Positions 6,400 through 15,093 of a DNA stretch of 64,000 nt are shown here, in pieces. This DNA comes from a virus. Position numbers and translations under genes: made by a program. Where the stretch lies: IMG/VR virus record IMGVR_UViG_3300046810_000166, positions 29,689 to 93,688 of that record. One strand, 5' to 3'. Under the pieces are notes generated by a model. The model searched no databases. It worked only from the letters and a program-made list of their open reading frames with translations, and was not told the DNA's origin. Every line of letters starts with the position of its first letter. Position 1 is the first letter of the stretch.

Positions 6400-8930
6400 G
6401 TTTCGCGGCCGCGTACTCCCTGACCTGTCAGCCGGATTACGGTTCACCCACTCGGCTGGATTCTGACCGGGCCTCGACCTTCCTTTCTGCTTGTGGCGCG
6501 AACCTACAGCGGCAGCTGATTCGGTCTATCTGTAGCCAGTCTCCAGCCGAATGGGGCCTCTTTCGAGGCTCCACCGGGGCATGTTGCCTTTACGCGGAAC
6601 TGTTCATGCCCTTCCCCGCGCACAGGCGTGTCGACCCGCCTGCTAGTGATGCCGGGCTATTTTCACCGGCTACGTGTTCGCGCGATCTGATCGCGTCGAT
6701 CTTGACGGCTCGACCAATGCCGAGCGGCTACGATCATGCGGCATCACATAAAGAACGGCTGAGGACGATTCAGCAGCATCCAACCATTCACATCCCCTCA
6801 CAAGGGCGGGAGAGCGTAGGAACTTAATCTACGGGTTCACCGGGTTGGTCGTATAGCTTGGCCCATCTACTTTGTTTCGCACCAGCGTGGTTTTCCGGTC
6901 CCGCGCCTTAGCTACTGATTTCAATTGCCCGTTCTTTATGTGATGGCCGGGCCGTAACCCCCGGCGTTGACTCCCTGCCCTTCTCGGGTTTTCAGGCATC
7001 ACAGCCCTGCATCCTGTTCCGCGTGGCCGGAGTCGAACCGGGCTACCATCACGCTGGGACCGCGCCGCGCTTGCAAACGCATTGCGGTGTTCGGCCGAAC
7101 TTACAAGACGCAGGGCTGTGATGGCCGACTTGCAAGGCCGGCTTTAGCTAGGGGGCCGCAGATCAAAGACTAGAACTTTCCAATCTAGGCTTAGTCACCC
7201 CCTCATCACACAGCTTGACCCTTCGCCGATCGTCACCGGCACGATTGAGGCAGGGACTCGAACCCCGCAATGCCGCCCTTCTGGAGCGCCGCTGTACCAC
7301 TTCGCGTTCTCAATCTAAAGACCAAGCTGTGTGACGGCCGGGTCGCAACCCCGGCGTGAGCTGTCGATGCATGACGCCCATATAGCGTTATCGACAAGAA
7401 CTACTCTGTCATGCATCCGCCACACTGCGGTGGCCGGGGCGCAACTCCCGGCTGAGCTGTAGAGGTGCCGGCAATCTATTGGCGAGATTCCGTGACACAA
7501 ACAACAAAATGGCACCTCACACCACACTGCTGGAAGCTGGAGGCAGTCCCGTCATCGCCGGTCAATCCCGACAAATCCAACTCCCAGCAGTGTGGTGGCT
7601 CGCCCTGCCCGAGCCGGCCGGGCGTTGGCACCCGGCGTCGTTCGATGATCCCACCCGCTCGTCGCGGTCCCTTTTTGGAGTGCCTTGCGGCGCCACCGGG
7701 ATACTGGCGGCTTCTCATTACCACACACATGCACCCGGCCTGCTGTCACAGCCGAATGACGCCTCACAGGCCGCCAGCGAGCAAACCGGCATTCAAGCGC
7801 GACCATCAGCAAGGTGCATGTGTCTGGTGCCGGGTTCTTTCCCCCCGGCGTAAGTCAGGCCAGTAGCTTGCCAGAGCGCCCTTCTCACACCGCGCAACGT
7901 CCATAGCCGCCTCGTTGACGAGGTTCCTCACCTCGATTCCCTGCCGCGCGCGTCACATGCCGGTGACTGTTGAAGCCTTGTGTTCATGCCGCTACTTTTC
8001 CGGCTGGCCACCCACTATTGATCATGCATCATCGTAGGTTCGGCTCCTTGGTAGACATTTACTATGACCGTCTTGAAGGGGCAAAGCCATCCAGTCATCC
8101 ATCACCACTGCTGTTCGGTGCCGCTATTTCCCGGCTGCCAGCCTTATTTCCACCGACTCATGACGCCTCGGCGTGCGTCGCAATATCCCGTCCGGCTTGG
8201 GTCCGAGGCCTATCTACTTACTCCTCGACATTGCACCGTGTTGTTCCGGCTCTCGCCGGCACGTGTAGAGCAACCATCCTTCGTGGTTTCCCACATGGAT
8301 GGAACTGGTTGACCCAGCGCGGCGCTGTCGGGCCCCTACTTTACCTGCGCAGAGATCCATGTTGACCGCTACCGCTTGGCAGTCCCATCCATGTGAGGCC
8401 TCTTGCGAAGCTGCACACGCCCGTCTAATGGCACACTCGGGTCCGCCTAATCGCTTGTTTCCATCGACGCACTGGTCAGGTCGGCCCCCTGAAACATGCC
8501 GCCTGAGCCTAGCCGCCGCCGTTGTAGCCGCGATGCTTTGCTGGTCACCCCTGCCTTTCGTGACAGGAACACGGTTGATGAATCGTGGCGCCACGGTTCC
8601 CGCGTGCTTACATTTACACCACTGACCAGCTGATAAGCCGACTTCCTTCCACGCCCGAGGCTATAGTGCTCGGTGCCTTTCCAGATGATGGCTTGTCAGC
8701 TGGGACTGTTGCCAGTCCAAGCCTAGATCACTCGAAGTCCATGCCTGAATGGGGCATGAAAGTTGGAGCCGATCTGGATGTGTCTTTCATCACCCCCCTG
8801 CAGCACAGGGCCATCGTATGGTGAATAAGCTACGGCCTTGTCGGTGCCCATCCGCACCTACGGCCTGTTCTGCCCTGATAAGCACCTTTGCGCTTATCGG
8901 GACATGCTGCTTTGCTGCTGAACTTCAATG
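6400..8930 (-). ncRNA. Putative polycistronic structured ncRNA array (stem-enclosed cargo modules separated by GCCG..CGGC hairpins)
   Basis: No credible ORF; at least 8 long inverted-repeat stems whose mismatches are mostly G-U pairs on the minus strand; about 9 repeated GCCG..CGGC hairpins; flanked by promoter 8937-8965 and terminator 6011-6038. Confidence 0.7.
7243..7315 (-). tRNA. tRNA-like element (non-canonical anticodon arm, no encoded CCA)
   Basis: Acceptor GATTGAG/CTCAATC, D-arm CGC-GAAGTGGTACA-GCG, T-arm GCGGGG-TTCGAGT-CCCTGC; anticodon arm CGCTC-CAGAA-GGGCG has a 5-nt loop. Confidence 0.55.
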
Positions 8931-8936
8931 GAATTC

Positions 8937-8965
8937 ATCATAGCGGCATTACGCATTGCGTGCAA
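8937..8965 (-). promoter_or_regulatory. Sigma70 promoter with operator, facing into the non-coding array
   Basis: TTGCAC-17bp-TATGAT; ACGCATTGCGT at 8951-8961 overlaps -35 and spacer. Confidence 0.8.
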
Positions 8966-9198
8966 GTCCTTTGTTCAACTTTTTTTGCGGCAATGCATCA
9001 GATGCCGCTCGACCTGCGCCTGCAGCTGGCGCAGCCGCTCGCCCTGCTCCCGTACCTTGTCCATATCCGTCCTCGCAAATAGGTGCCGGGCCCGAAGGCC
9101 CGGCGGGTGGCGCCATCCGCCTATGCCTGCAGCGCTTCCCGTTAAAGCGGTGCAGGCAACGTCGCAACTAGGCGACGCTGGCGCCAGCGGTGAACCAC

Positions 9199-9501
9199 CT
9201 ATGCAATCTGTGCGGTCTTCTCGGCCTCGAACTTGGCCTTGAGCGGGGCGGATGCGCTGATGCGGATGCGCACGGCCTCGGGGATGATGCAGGCTTCCAT
9301 GGTGCGCAGGTTACGGCCCGGACGCGCGGCGCACTGCTTGGCGGCGATGTTGGCCAGCCCCGGAACGCGCACGGCGCCATCGGCGGCCAGCTGGCGCGCG
9401 GCCACGACGCCAATGGCGTCAATCGCGGCCTCGGCCTGCACCGTCGACACATTGGCCTGCTTGGCGACCGCCGCGATGAATTCGTCCTTGTTCATTGCCA
9501 T
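9199..9501 (-). CDS. HU-family DNA-binding protein
   Basis: MNKDEFIAAVA...V.VPGL......AARPGRNLRT.E...IP....RIS.S..LK pattern. Confidence 0.88.
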   Translation of the reverse strand: MAMNKDEFIAAVAKQANVSTVQAEAAIDAIGVVAARQLAADGAVRVPGLANIAAKQCAARPGRNLRTMEACIIPEAVRIRISASAPLKAKFEAEKTAQIA

Positions 9502-9534
9502 TTGGCACTGCTCCCTGTTGATCTGATGGGAGGC

Positions 9535-9550
9535 AGTCTGTTGTCACGAC
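9535..9550 (-). promoter_or_regulatory. Late promoter motif
   Basis: GTCGTGAC-aa-CAGACT upstream of HU. Confidence 0.65.
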
Positions 9551-9569
9551 TTGATAATCACCAGCTTTA

Positions 9570-9968
9570 TCAAAGCTCCCGCGTGCCGACCGGCTTGGCC
9601 CTGCCTTCCGCGCGCCGCTCGACCGCCGGGCGCTCGCGCACCAGCACCTCCTGCGGCAGCGTCGGCGACACGTTCGGGTTACGGAAGCATTCGAGCACGT
9701 GGCCGATCGTGCCGCACGTGGCGCCGCAGCAGCACACGTCAACGATCTCGCCGAAGGAGTGGGCGCCGCACTCGGCGCACCTAGCCTCGATGGTCTTGCC
9801 GCGCGCACGGCGCACCAGCACCCGACCGAGGCAGTGCTGGCAGGCGTGGTCGACCAGATCCCAGCCGCCGGCGCCGGTATCGCGGCGGACCTTCTTGGGC
9901 GCCGGGATCGCGGGCGCCGGGGTGTCGCCGAACAGGTTCAGCTGCAGCAGCTGGGTCAGGACGCTCAC
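9570..9968 (-). CDS. Cys-rich hypothetical protein
   Basis: HACxxCxGRVL...RCAECG...CCCG; GTG coupled to the upstream stop. Confidence 0.6.
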   Translation of the reverse strand: MSVLTQLLQLNLFGDTPAPAIPAPKKVRRDTGAGGWDLVDHACQHCLGRVLVRRARGKTIEARCAECGAHSFGEIVDVCCCGATCGTIGHVLECFRNPNVSPTLPQEVLVRERPAVERRAEGRAKPVGTREL

Positions 9969-10531
9969 AGAACTGCCTCCACCCGCTGGATCGAACGGGC
10001 CGAGCTCCACGCGACCACCTTGGGGCCGGACTTGCGGCGCAGCATGGTCAGCACCGCCTCCAGCCGGTCGCGCACCGGGTGGTCGAAGCGCTCGATCGTC
10101 ATCTGGCCATCGGTGACGCACCCAATCTGGACATCATGCAGCAGCTTGCTCCACTTCTTGGGGCGGGCGCCCTTGGCGTTGCGGCCCTTCCTGACCTCGC
10201 TCTCGCGGTTGTAGCAGCTCACGCAGATCGTGTGGTCGCGCACCAGCCGCTTGCGGCCCAGCCCCACCTCGCTGCCGCGCCGGCAGCGCACGCACACCTG
10301 ACGATAGGTGAGGGCCTGCAGGGACTGCAGCTGCTGCGGTGGCGCCGCCGGGTGGGCGTGCTGCTGGCCCACCACGCAGCCAATGCAGCCCTCCAGCCGG
10401 CCACTGGTGCGCACCGACTCGGGCGCCGCCGCGTAGTTCTTGGCGCAGGACGCCGGCGACATGGTGCCGTAGCGCTGGCAGGCGAAAAACTTCCCCTCGA
10501 AACCGTCGACCTTGAAGTAGATGTCCTGCAT
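9965..10531 (-). CDS. Cys-rich (multi Zn-finger) hypothetical protein
   Basis: Several CxxC pairs. Confidence 0.6.
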   Translation of the reverse strand: MQDIYFKVDGFEGKFFACQRYGTMSPASCAKNYAAAPESVRTSGRLEGCIGCVVGQQHAHPAAPPQQLQSLQALTYRQVCVRCRRGSEVGLGRKRLVRDHTICVSCYNRESEVRKGRNAKGARPKKWSKLLHDVQIGCVTDGQMTIERFDHPVRDRLEAVLTMLRRKSGPKVVAWSSARSIQRVEAVL

Positions 10532-10538
10532 GATGGCC

Positions 10539-11006
10539 TTATGTGTACTGCAACAGTTGATTGACGACCGCGTCGACCTCCTCGGGCGAGCGGTAGTTGG
10601 CCTGCTTCATGACCCGCTCCCACACCACGTCGAGGACGTTGCGGTAGACCTTCTGGAACTCGTATTCGCCGCAGTTGGCAAAGGCGATCGAGCGCGCCTT
10701 GTGGGTGAACGTGCCGTCCAGATTCCACACCACGTCGCAATGGCCGGCGAGGATCAGCACGCGCTCGCGGAAGCTCTCGAAGTCCTTGGCCGGGATGATG
10801 CCGTCGACCGGCTCGCCGGCCGGCACCCACAGCTCGAACGCGGTGCGGATCAGCTTGAGGCATTTGCGGTGGAAACCGGGGTTGCGCACCTTGGTCACGT
10901 CGACCTTGATGCCGGCGCCGGGCTTGAGGCTGGCCACGTAGGCCTCGGCATCCTCGCCGACCGGGCGCAGCCAGCCGCCGGGCACCTTCTCGAACAGCAC
11001 CTGCAT
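10539..11006 (-). CDS. DUF1367/NinB-like protein
   Basis: RNPGFHRK...FE.W...KDFESFR..V.ILAGH...RSIAFAN..E.EF..VY. Confidence 0.8.
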   Translation of the reverse strand: MQVLFEKVPGGWLRPVGEDAEAYVASLKPGAGIKVDVTKVRNPGFHRKCLKLIRTAFELWVPAGEPVDGIIPAKDFESFRERVLILAGHCDVVWNLDGTFTHKARSIAFANCGEYEFQKVYRNVLDVVWERVMKQANYRSPEEVDAVVNQLLQYT

Positions 11007-11212
11007 CAGTGGGCCTCCGCTTTCGAGTACAGGAAGCAGCCGCTGGCCGCCGGGCGGTAGTCCAGCGCCACGCCGAGCACTTCCATGGCCTCGTCCTCGT
11101 CGCATTCCAGCTCGGCGGCAAGATAGGCGGGGTCGATGTGCTCGCGGCCGGCCGACAGCATGGCGACGGCGCGCGCGACGGCCCAGTGCGGCCAGAGAGA
11201 GGTGGCGGACAT
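11006..11212 (-). CDS. Hypothetical protein
   Basis: TGATG-coupled ORF. Confidence 0.5.
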   Translation of the reverse strand: MSATSLWPHWAVARAVAMLSAGREHIDPAYLAAELECDEDEAMEVLGVALDYRPAASGCFLYSKAEAH

Positions 11213-11727
11213 CAGAACTCCTCCCGCTTCCAGCCGCCGCCGTTCTTCTTCGACTGCTTGGTCATCTTCACCATCACGAACACCGGCAGCACCTCGGCGC
11301 ACAGCTTGATCTTCATTTGCCCCTTGTCCGTCACGTATTCGCCCTTGGTTTCGTGGATCTCCAGCACCATGTCGCTGCGCAGGACCAGAAAGTCGATGCG
11401 GTAGAAGGTGTCGTCGGCCAGCCGCACGTTGAACGGGTGCGCCTTCCACCACAGGATCTCGCCGGCCGCGCGCTTCTGTTCGAGGATGTCGGCCCACTCC
11501 TGCTCGGTCTTGTTCAGCTTCTTGGCCGGGGCGCGGCCGATCGCCTGAAAGCGCTGCAGGCCGCCCTGCGGGCCGCTGCTGATCGCGACATCGGTGATCG
11601 TGACGCCGGCCGGGTTCGGGCCCGCCACGGTCAGCAGGGCAGCGGCCGACTCCCTGCCCGCCCTCACCTTGGCCTGATGGGCGTCTACTGCCTCCTGCGA
11701 CAGGCGAATCGCGCCACCCTTACCCAT
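11212..11727 (-). CDS. DUF1064-like PD-(D/E)XK endonuclease
   Basis: NKTE...RLAD.TFY.IDF.V.....EIHETKG...K.KLCAE. Confidence 0.75.
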   Translation of the reverse strand: MGKGGAIRLSQEAVDAHQAKVRAGRESAAALLTVAGPNPAGVTITDVAISSGPQGGLQRFQAIGRAPAKKLNKTEQEWADILEQKRAAGEILWWKAHPFNVRLADDTFYRIDFLVLRSDMVLEIHETKGEYVTDKGQMKIKLCAEVLPVFVMVKMTKQSKKNGGGWKREEF

Positions 11728-12040
11728 TGGCCTGCCCCTTGTCGAGTTCTTCCTTAGCCATGACCTTGAGCGCTTCCAGATCCGCCGGCAGCCAGCCATC
11801 GCGCATGGCGCGGCGGTAGGCGATCTGGCGCGCATCCTTCGTCATCCGGCCCATGCGCATCGCGATCGAGCGCAGCACCGCCGTGCGCAGTTCCGCAGGC
11901 CCCGCCGACAGGGCGGCCATGCGCGCGGCCGCGATCATCTTGGATACACGGCGCGCGATGCAGCAGGGGCGCGTGGCATGCGTGCGGCCGGAATCGGCCA
12001 CGCACCAGTCACACCACTCGATGACGGCGAACTCGCTCAC
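11720..12040 (-). CDS. Hypothetical protein
   Basis: Coupled ORF. Confidence 0.5.
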   Translation of the reverse strand: MSEFAVIEWCDWCVADSGRTHATRPCCIARRVSKMIAAARMAALSAGPAELRTAVLRSIAMRMGRMTKDARQIAYRRAMRDGWLPADLEALKVMAKEELDKGQANG

Positions 12041-12291
12041 AGCGTCTTGATCCCCATCCAGCCGCGCAGCTGCGACACCGGCACCTTGGTCGTTTCATGC
12101 ATGCGCAGCAGCAGGCCGGCGGTCACCGGGGCCTTCTGGTGCCGCACCTTGGAGAGGATCGCGTGGTCGACCCGCAGAACGCGCGCCAGCGCGGCCACGT
12201 TTTTCAGCTGCAGCGCGCTCACCAGCGAATCCACCAGCGCCACCGGGTTGTAACCCGGCTCATCGTCATACTTTTGAAGTAGTGCCACCAA
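12037..12291 (-). CDS. Small XRE/HTH protein of a type common in Oxalobacteraceae
   Basis: L.LKN.AALAR.L.V....SK.RH...PV...LL.RMHE.....LR..MG. Confidence 0.75.
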   Translation of the reverse strand: MVALLQKYDDEPGYNPVALVDSLVSALQLKNVAALARVLRVDHAILSKVRHQKAPVTAGLLLRMHETTKVPVSQLRGWMGIKTL

Positions 12292-13060
12292 CGATCCCTT
12301 TCATTTTTCCAAGTTCGGCCGCGATGCTGGCCCCCATGCTCTTGAAGCCCTCGCCGCTCGGGTCCGGCGCCCTGTAAATCTTCTTGCGCCATGGGCCGTC
12401 GCCGGCCTGCATGAACACGCGGTCGCGCCACTGCATCCACTGCTCGCCGTCGATCCGCTGCAGGCCCAGCTCGGCGCCCTTGCGGTCAATCGCGGCCGAG
12501 GATTCCCACCATGCGCCAGCCTGCTGGCCGGGCGAGGCCACCGGCGGCACGGCCGGCTCGCGGCGGCACCAGTTGCGCCACGTGGACTCCCATTCCATTT
12601 TGCTGGCGGACTGGCCGCTGGCCGACAGCCAGTGGTCCTTGAAGCGCTTGGCCACCTCCACCACCCACGCGGTGGTCCACGCCGGGAACTCCTTGATCGC
12701 CCACGCACACCACTCGTCGGGCAGGGTCCAGTCGATCGGCAGGCGGGTACCGCGCTTGCGCACCACCTTGGCGCCATCCTCGGGCGCCTTGGCCGGCGTC
12801 GGGGCGCCGCCCATCCATTCAGGGGAAATGCAGAAGGTGGGCAGGCCTTCCATCTGGCGCAGCCATTCATCGTCGGCCAGCTGGCGCAGCTGCTTGCGCA
12901 CGGTGGCCTCGGCCTGCCGGGTTTTCTTGGCCAGCCGCTCGATATCGATGGCGATGTACTCGCCGGCATCGTTGGCGATATCGGCCAGCGCCAGCGCCAG
13001 CAGCATCGGGCCGCCCTCGGGGAAGCGGGCCCACACCACGGCGGTCGCGCGCGCGCTCAC
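12266..13060 (-). CDS. Phage replication-type protein (N-terminal wHTH, DnaT-like C-terminal domain)
   Basis: LLALALADIANDAG...I.RLA.KT...TVR.QL..L; RGTRLP.DW...F.DHW......K..W..TWRNW. Confidence 0.7.
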   Translation of the reverse strand: MSARATAVVWARFPEGGPMLLALALADIANDAGEYIAIDIERLAKKTRQAEATVRKQLRQLADDEWLRQMEGLPTFCISPEWMGGAPTPAKAPEDGAKVVRKRGTRLPIDWTLPDEWCAWAIKEFPAWTTAWVVEVAKRFKDHWLSASGQSASKMEWESTWRNWCRREPAVPPVASPGQQAGAWWESSAAIDRKGAELGLQRIDGEQWMQWRDRVFMQAGDGPWRKKIYRAPDPSGEGFKSMGASIAAELGKMKGIVGGTTSKV

Positions 13061-13461
13061 TTGCCACTCCCCTGCGCCATGCGCTGCAGGCTGGACAGCC
13101 CGGTCACCGGGATCTTCTTGGACTTGGCGGGGCGCTTCTCGGCGCGCGGGGCGTCGGTCTTGCCATCCCACAGGCCGAGCCGGATCAGGATGGACTGCGA
13201 GCGCGCCATGGCGACGGCGAACGCACGCTCGACCATGGCCAGCGTCAGCCCGGCCGGGCGCGAGTACTGGCGGTCATAGACCATGTGGCAGTAGTAGCAG
13301 GCGTAGCAGCCATTGTGGTCGAACGCCTTGAGGGCGCCGCCCTTGCCATGCTGGTGGCTGTTCGAGTGCGCCCACACGGTTTTTTCCGGGTCGCCGCAGC
13401 ACACGCCCGGCAGTTTCAGCTCGCACTCGCGGCCGCGTGCGGAATCAGTAATGCGGCTCAT
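13057..13461 (-). CDS. DUF1364-family nuclease-like protein
   Basis: SARGRECELKLPGVC...TVWAH...GKG..K..D...YAC..CH..YD. Confidence 0.85.
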   Translation of the reverse strand: MSRITDSARGRECELKLPGVCCGDPEKTVWAHSNSHQHGKGGALKAFDHNGCYACYYCHMVYDRQYSRPAGLTLAMVERAFAVAMARSQSILIRLGLWDGKTDAPRAEKRPAKSKKIPVTGLSSLQRMAQGSGK

Positions 13462-13707
13462 TTGGCGGCCCCGGCGTCATGCTTCTCAGCAGCAACTTTC
13501 CAGCTGTAAATCTTGTGCAACACTTGCTCCTGAAAATCACCGGGTTTTGCTCTGCTGAATAATTTATATCCAGCAGTAAATGAACTACAATTGTGTCAAA
13601 GCAAGTTCTGTCAGTCAATGCCTACAAAAACTATTTTTCCAGATCAATACGGAAAGCCAACAAGGAAGGTTTTTTCCTGTATATCAGGGGAAATTTCTAC
13701 GAATCTA

Positions 13708-13736
13708 TTGACGCAATGCGTTATGGCAGGTAATAT
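13708..13736 (+). promoter_or_regulatory. Sigma70 promoter with operator (recombination operon)
   Basis: TTGACG-17bp-TAATAT; ACGCAATGCGT at 13711-13721. Confidence 0.8.
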
Positions 13737-13845
13737 ACGACTCACTGGAATCAGCTTCACAGGCAGGACGGGAGAAGCCGGTAAAACACCTCGGTGCATA
13801 GCGCCGGCCTCCCGATAACAACAACGTCAACAATCGGGAGTTTTT

Positions 13846-13974
13846 ATGGATCGCACCTACCAGATCAACGAATTCAGCGTGACCCGCACCACGCGCCGCC
13901 GCCAGCGTATCGGTGGCACCATCCTCAAGGCCATCGTCCTGATCGCCGCCGTCGCCTTCGTGGTGTGGAAATGA
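13846..13974 (+). CDS. 42-aa single-TM peptide (not in ORF track)
   Basis: GGGAG RBS; MDRTYQINEF...KAIVLIAAVAFVVWK; stop overlaps the next ATG. Confidence 0.55.
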   Translation: MDRTYQINEFSVTRTTRRRQRIGGTILKAIVLIAAVAFVVWK

Positions 13975-14264
13975 TCGTCGCCCCTGCCTACCCTCGCATC
14001 CGCCGCGCCGGCCGTGTGCGCCGCGTCTTCCTGTCGCTGCACCGTGCGCGCCTGATCTGGAATATCACCGGCGCCGGCATCGAGCTGGCATCCCTGCAGC
14101 GCATCATCGACAACGATGTGACCGTGATCTACACCTACCCGCACCTGCGCCCGAAGCTGCTGCCGACGATCGACGCCCGCTACATCGAGCGCGAAGCGAT
14201 CGAGAAGGATCTGGCCAAGTGGAACCGCACCCTCAAGGTGATCGAGCAGGAGCTGCACCAGTGA
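13971..14264 (+). CDS. Hypothetical protein
   Basis: ATGA/GTGA-coupled on both sides. Confidence 0.55.
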   Translation: MIVAPAYPRIRRAGRVRRVFLSLHRARLIWNITGAGIELASLQRIIDNDVTVIYTYPHLRPKLLPTIDARYIEREAIEKDLAKWNRTLKVIEQELHQ

Positions 14265-15082
14265 ACCGAGTTGTGACCATCCGCGCCTCGTCTTGGGGCG
14301 CTTTGTTTGACTGCGCCTACAAGTGGGAAGGCGAGCACCTGCTGGGCATGCGCCGGCCGTCCGGCCTGCGCGCATCGCTCGGCACCGCGATCCACGCCGG
14401 CACCGCCGCCTTCGACCAAGCCCGCATCGACGGCAAACCAATCCGCATTGACGACGCCGGCGAGTACTTCGTGGACGCGCTACTGAACCCGACCGACGAG
14501 GTCGACTACAAGAGCGACACCACGATCACCCTGAGCGAAGCGGAAACCATCGGCCTCGCGCTGGTGGCCAAGTACTGCCATGAGATCAGCCCGCGCTTCA
14601 CGTTCACCTCGGTGGAAATGAAGCTGGAGCCGTACGAGATCGACTGCGGCAACGGCATCACGATCCGCCTGACCGGCTCCATGGACCGCGCCCGCACCGC
14701 CTACGCTGGCCAGATGCTGCCGGGCGGCCTCGAAGTCATCCCCGACATCAAGACCGGCGCCCGCATCATCGAGAACGGCGAGGTGGCCTTGAAGGGCAAG
14801 GGCGCGCAGCTGGGCGCCTACCAGCTGATGCACGAAAACACCACCGGGCGCCTGACCGGCGGCGGCCAGATCATCGGCCTGCAGACCACCAAGCAGGCCA
14901 TCGTCGCCGTGTCGCGCCTTGTCGACGGCAAGCGTGTGATGATCGGCACCGAGAACGAAAAAGGCTTGATCGAAATGGCGGCGATCATGCTGCAATCCGG
15001 GTTCTTCCCGCCTAACCCCCAATCCCAGCTGTGCAGCGAGAAGTTCTGCGCCCGCTGGTCCACCTGCATTTACCACGACTAG
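14261..15082 (+). CDS. PD-(D/E)XK exonuclease (RecE/Cas4-like)
   Basis: GTAIH, TGSMD, DIKTG, QLGAY, C-terminal Cys cluster; adjacent to RecT. Confidence 0.82.
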   Translation: MNRVVTIRASSWGALFDCAYKWEGEHLLGMRRPSGLRASLGTAIHAGTAAFDQARIDGKPIRIDDAGEYFVDALLNPTDEVDYKSDTTITLSEAETIGLALVAKYCHEISPRFTFTSVEMKLEPYEIDCGNGITIRLTGSMDRARTAYAGQMLPGGLEVIPDIKTGARIIENGEVALKGKGAQLGAYQLMHENTTGRLTGGGQIIGLQTTKQAIVAVSRLVDGKRVMIGTENEKGLIEMAAIMLQSGFFPPNPQSQLCSEKFCARWSTCIYHD

Positions 15083-15093
15083 GAGATCCACCC

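Noticed and set aside
8627-8901. Hairpins at 8627-8702 and 8874-8901 as support for a minus-strand RNA
   Set aside because: Their wobble pairs favour the plus strand, so they were not counted as evidence; they may indicate an antisense transcript
6400-8930. CRISPR array interpretation of the repeated units
   Set aside because: Repeats are not identical direct repeats, spacing is irregular (about 100-300 nt), and no cas genes are present; conservation is structural
6081-8943. ORF-track predictions across the non-coding tract (e.g. 6081-6827, 7465-7866, 7970-8365, 8214-8594)
   Set aside because: No RBS, no GC3 bias, Cys/Arg/Pro-rich shadow composition, and they overlap RNA stems; very small real ORFs cannot be excluded
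14261-15082. Cas4 / CRISPR adaptation gene
   Set aside because: Context next to RecT indicates a RecE-like recombination exonuclease
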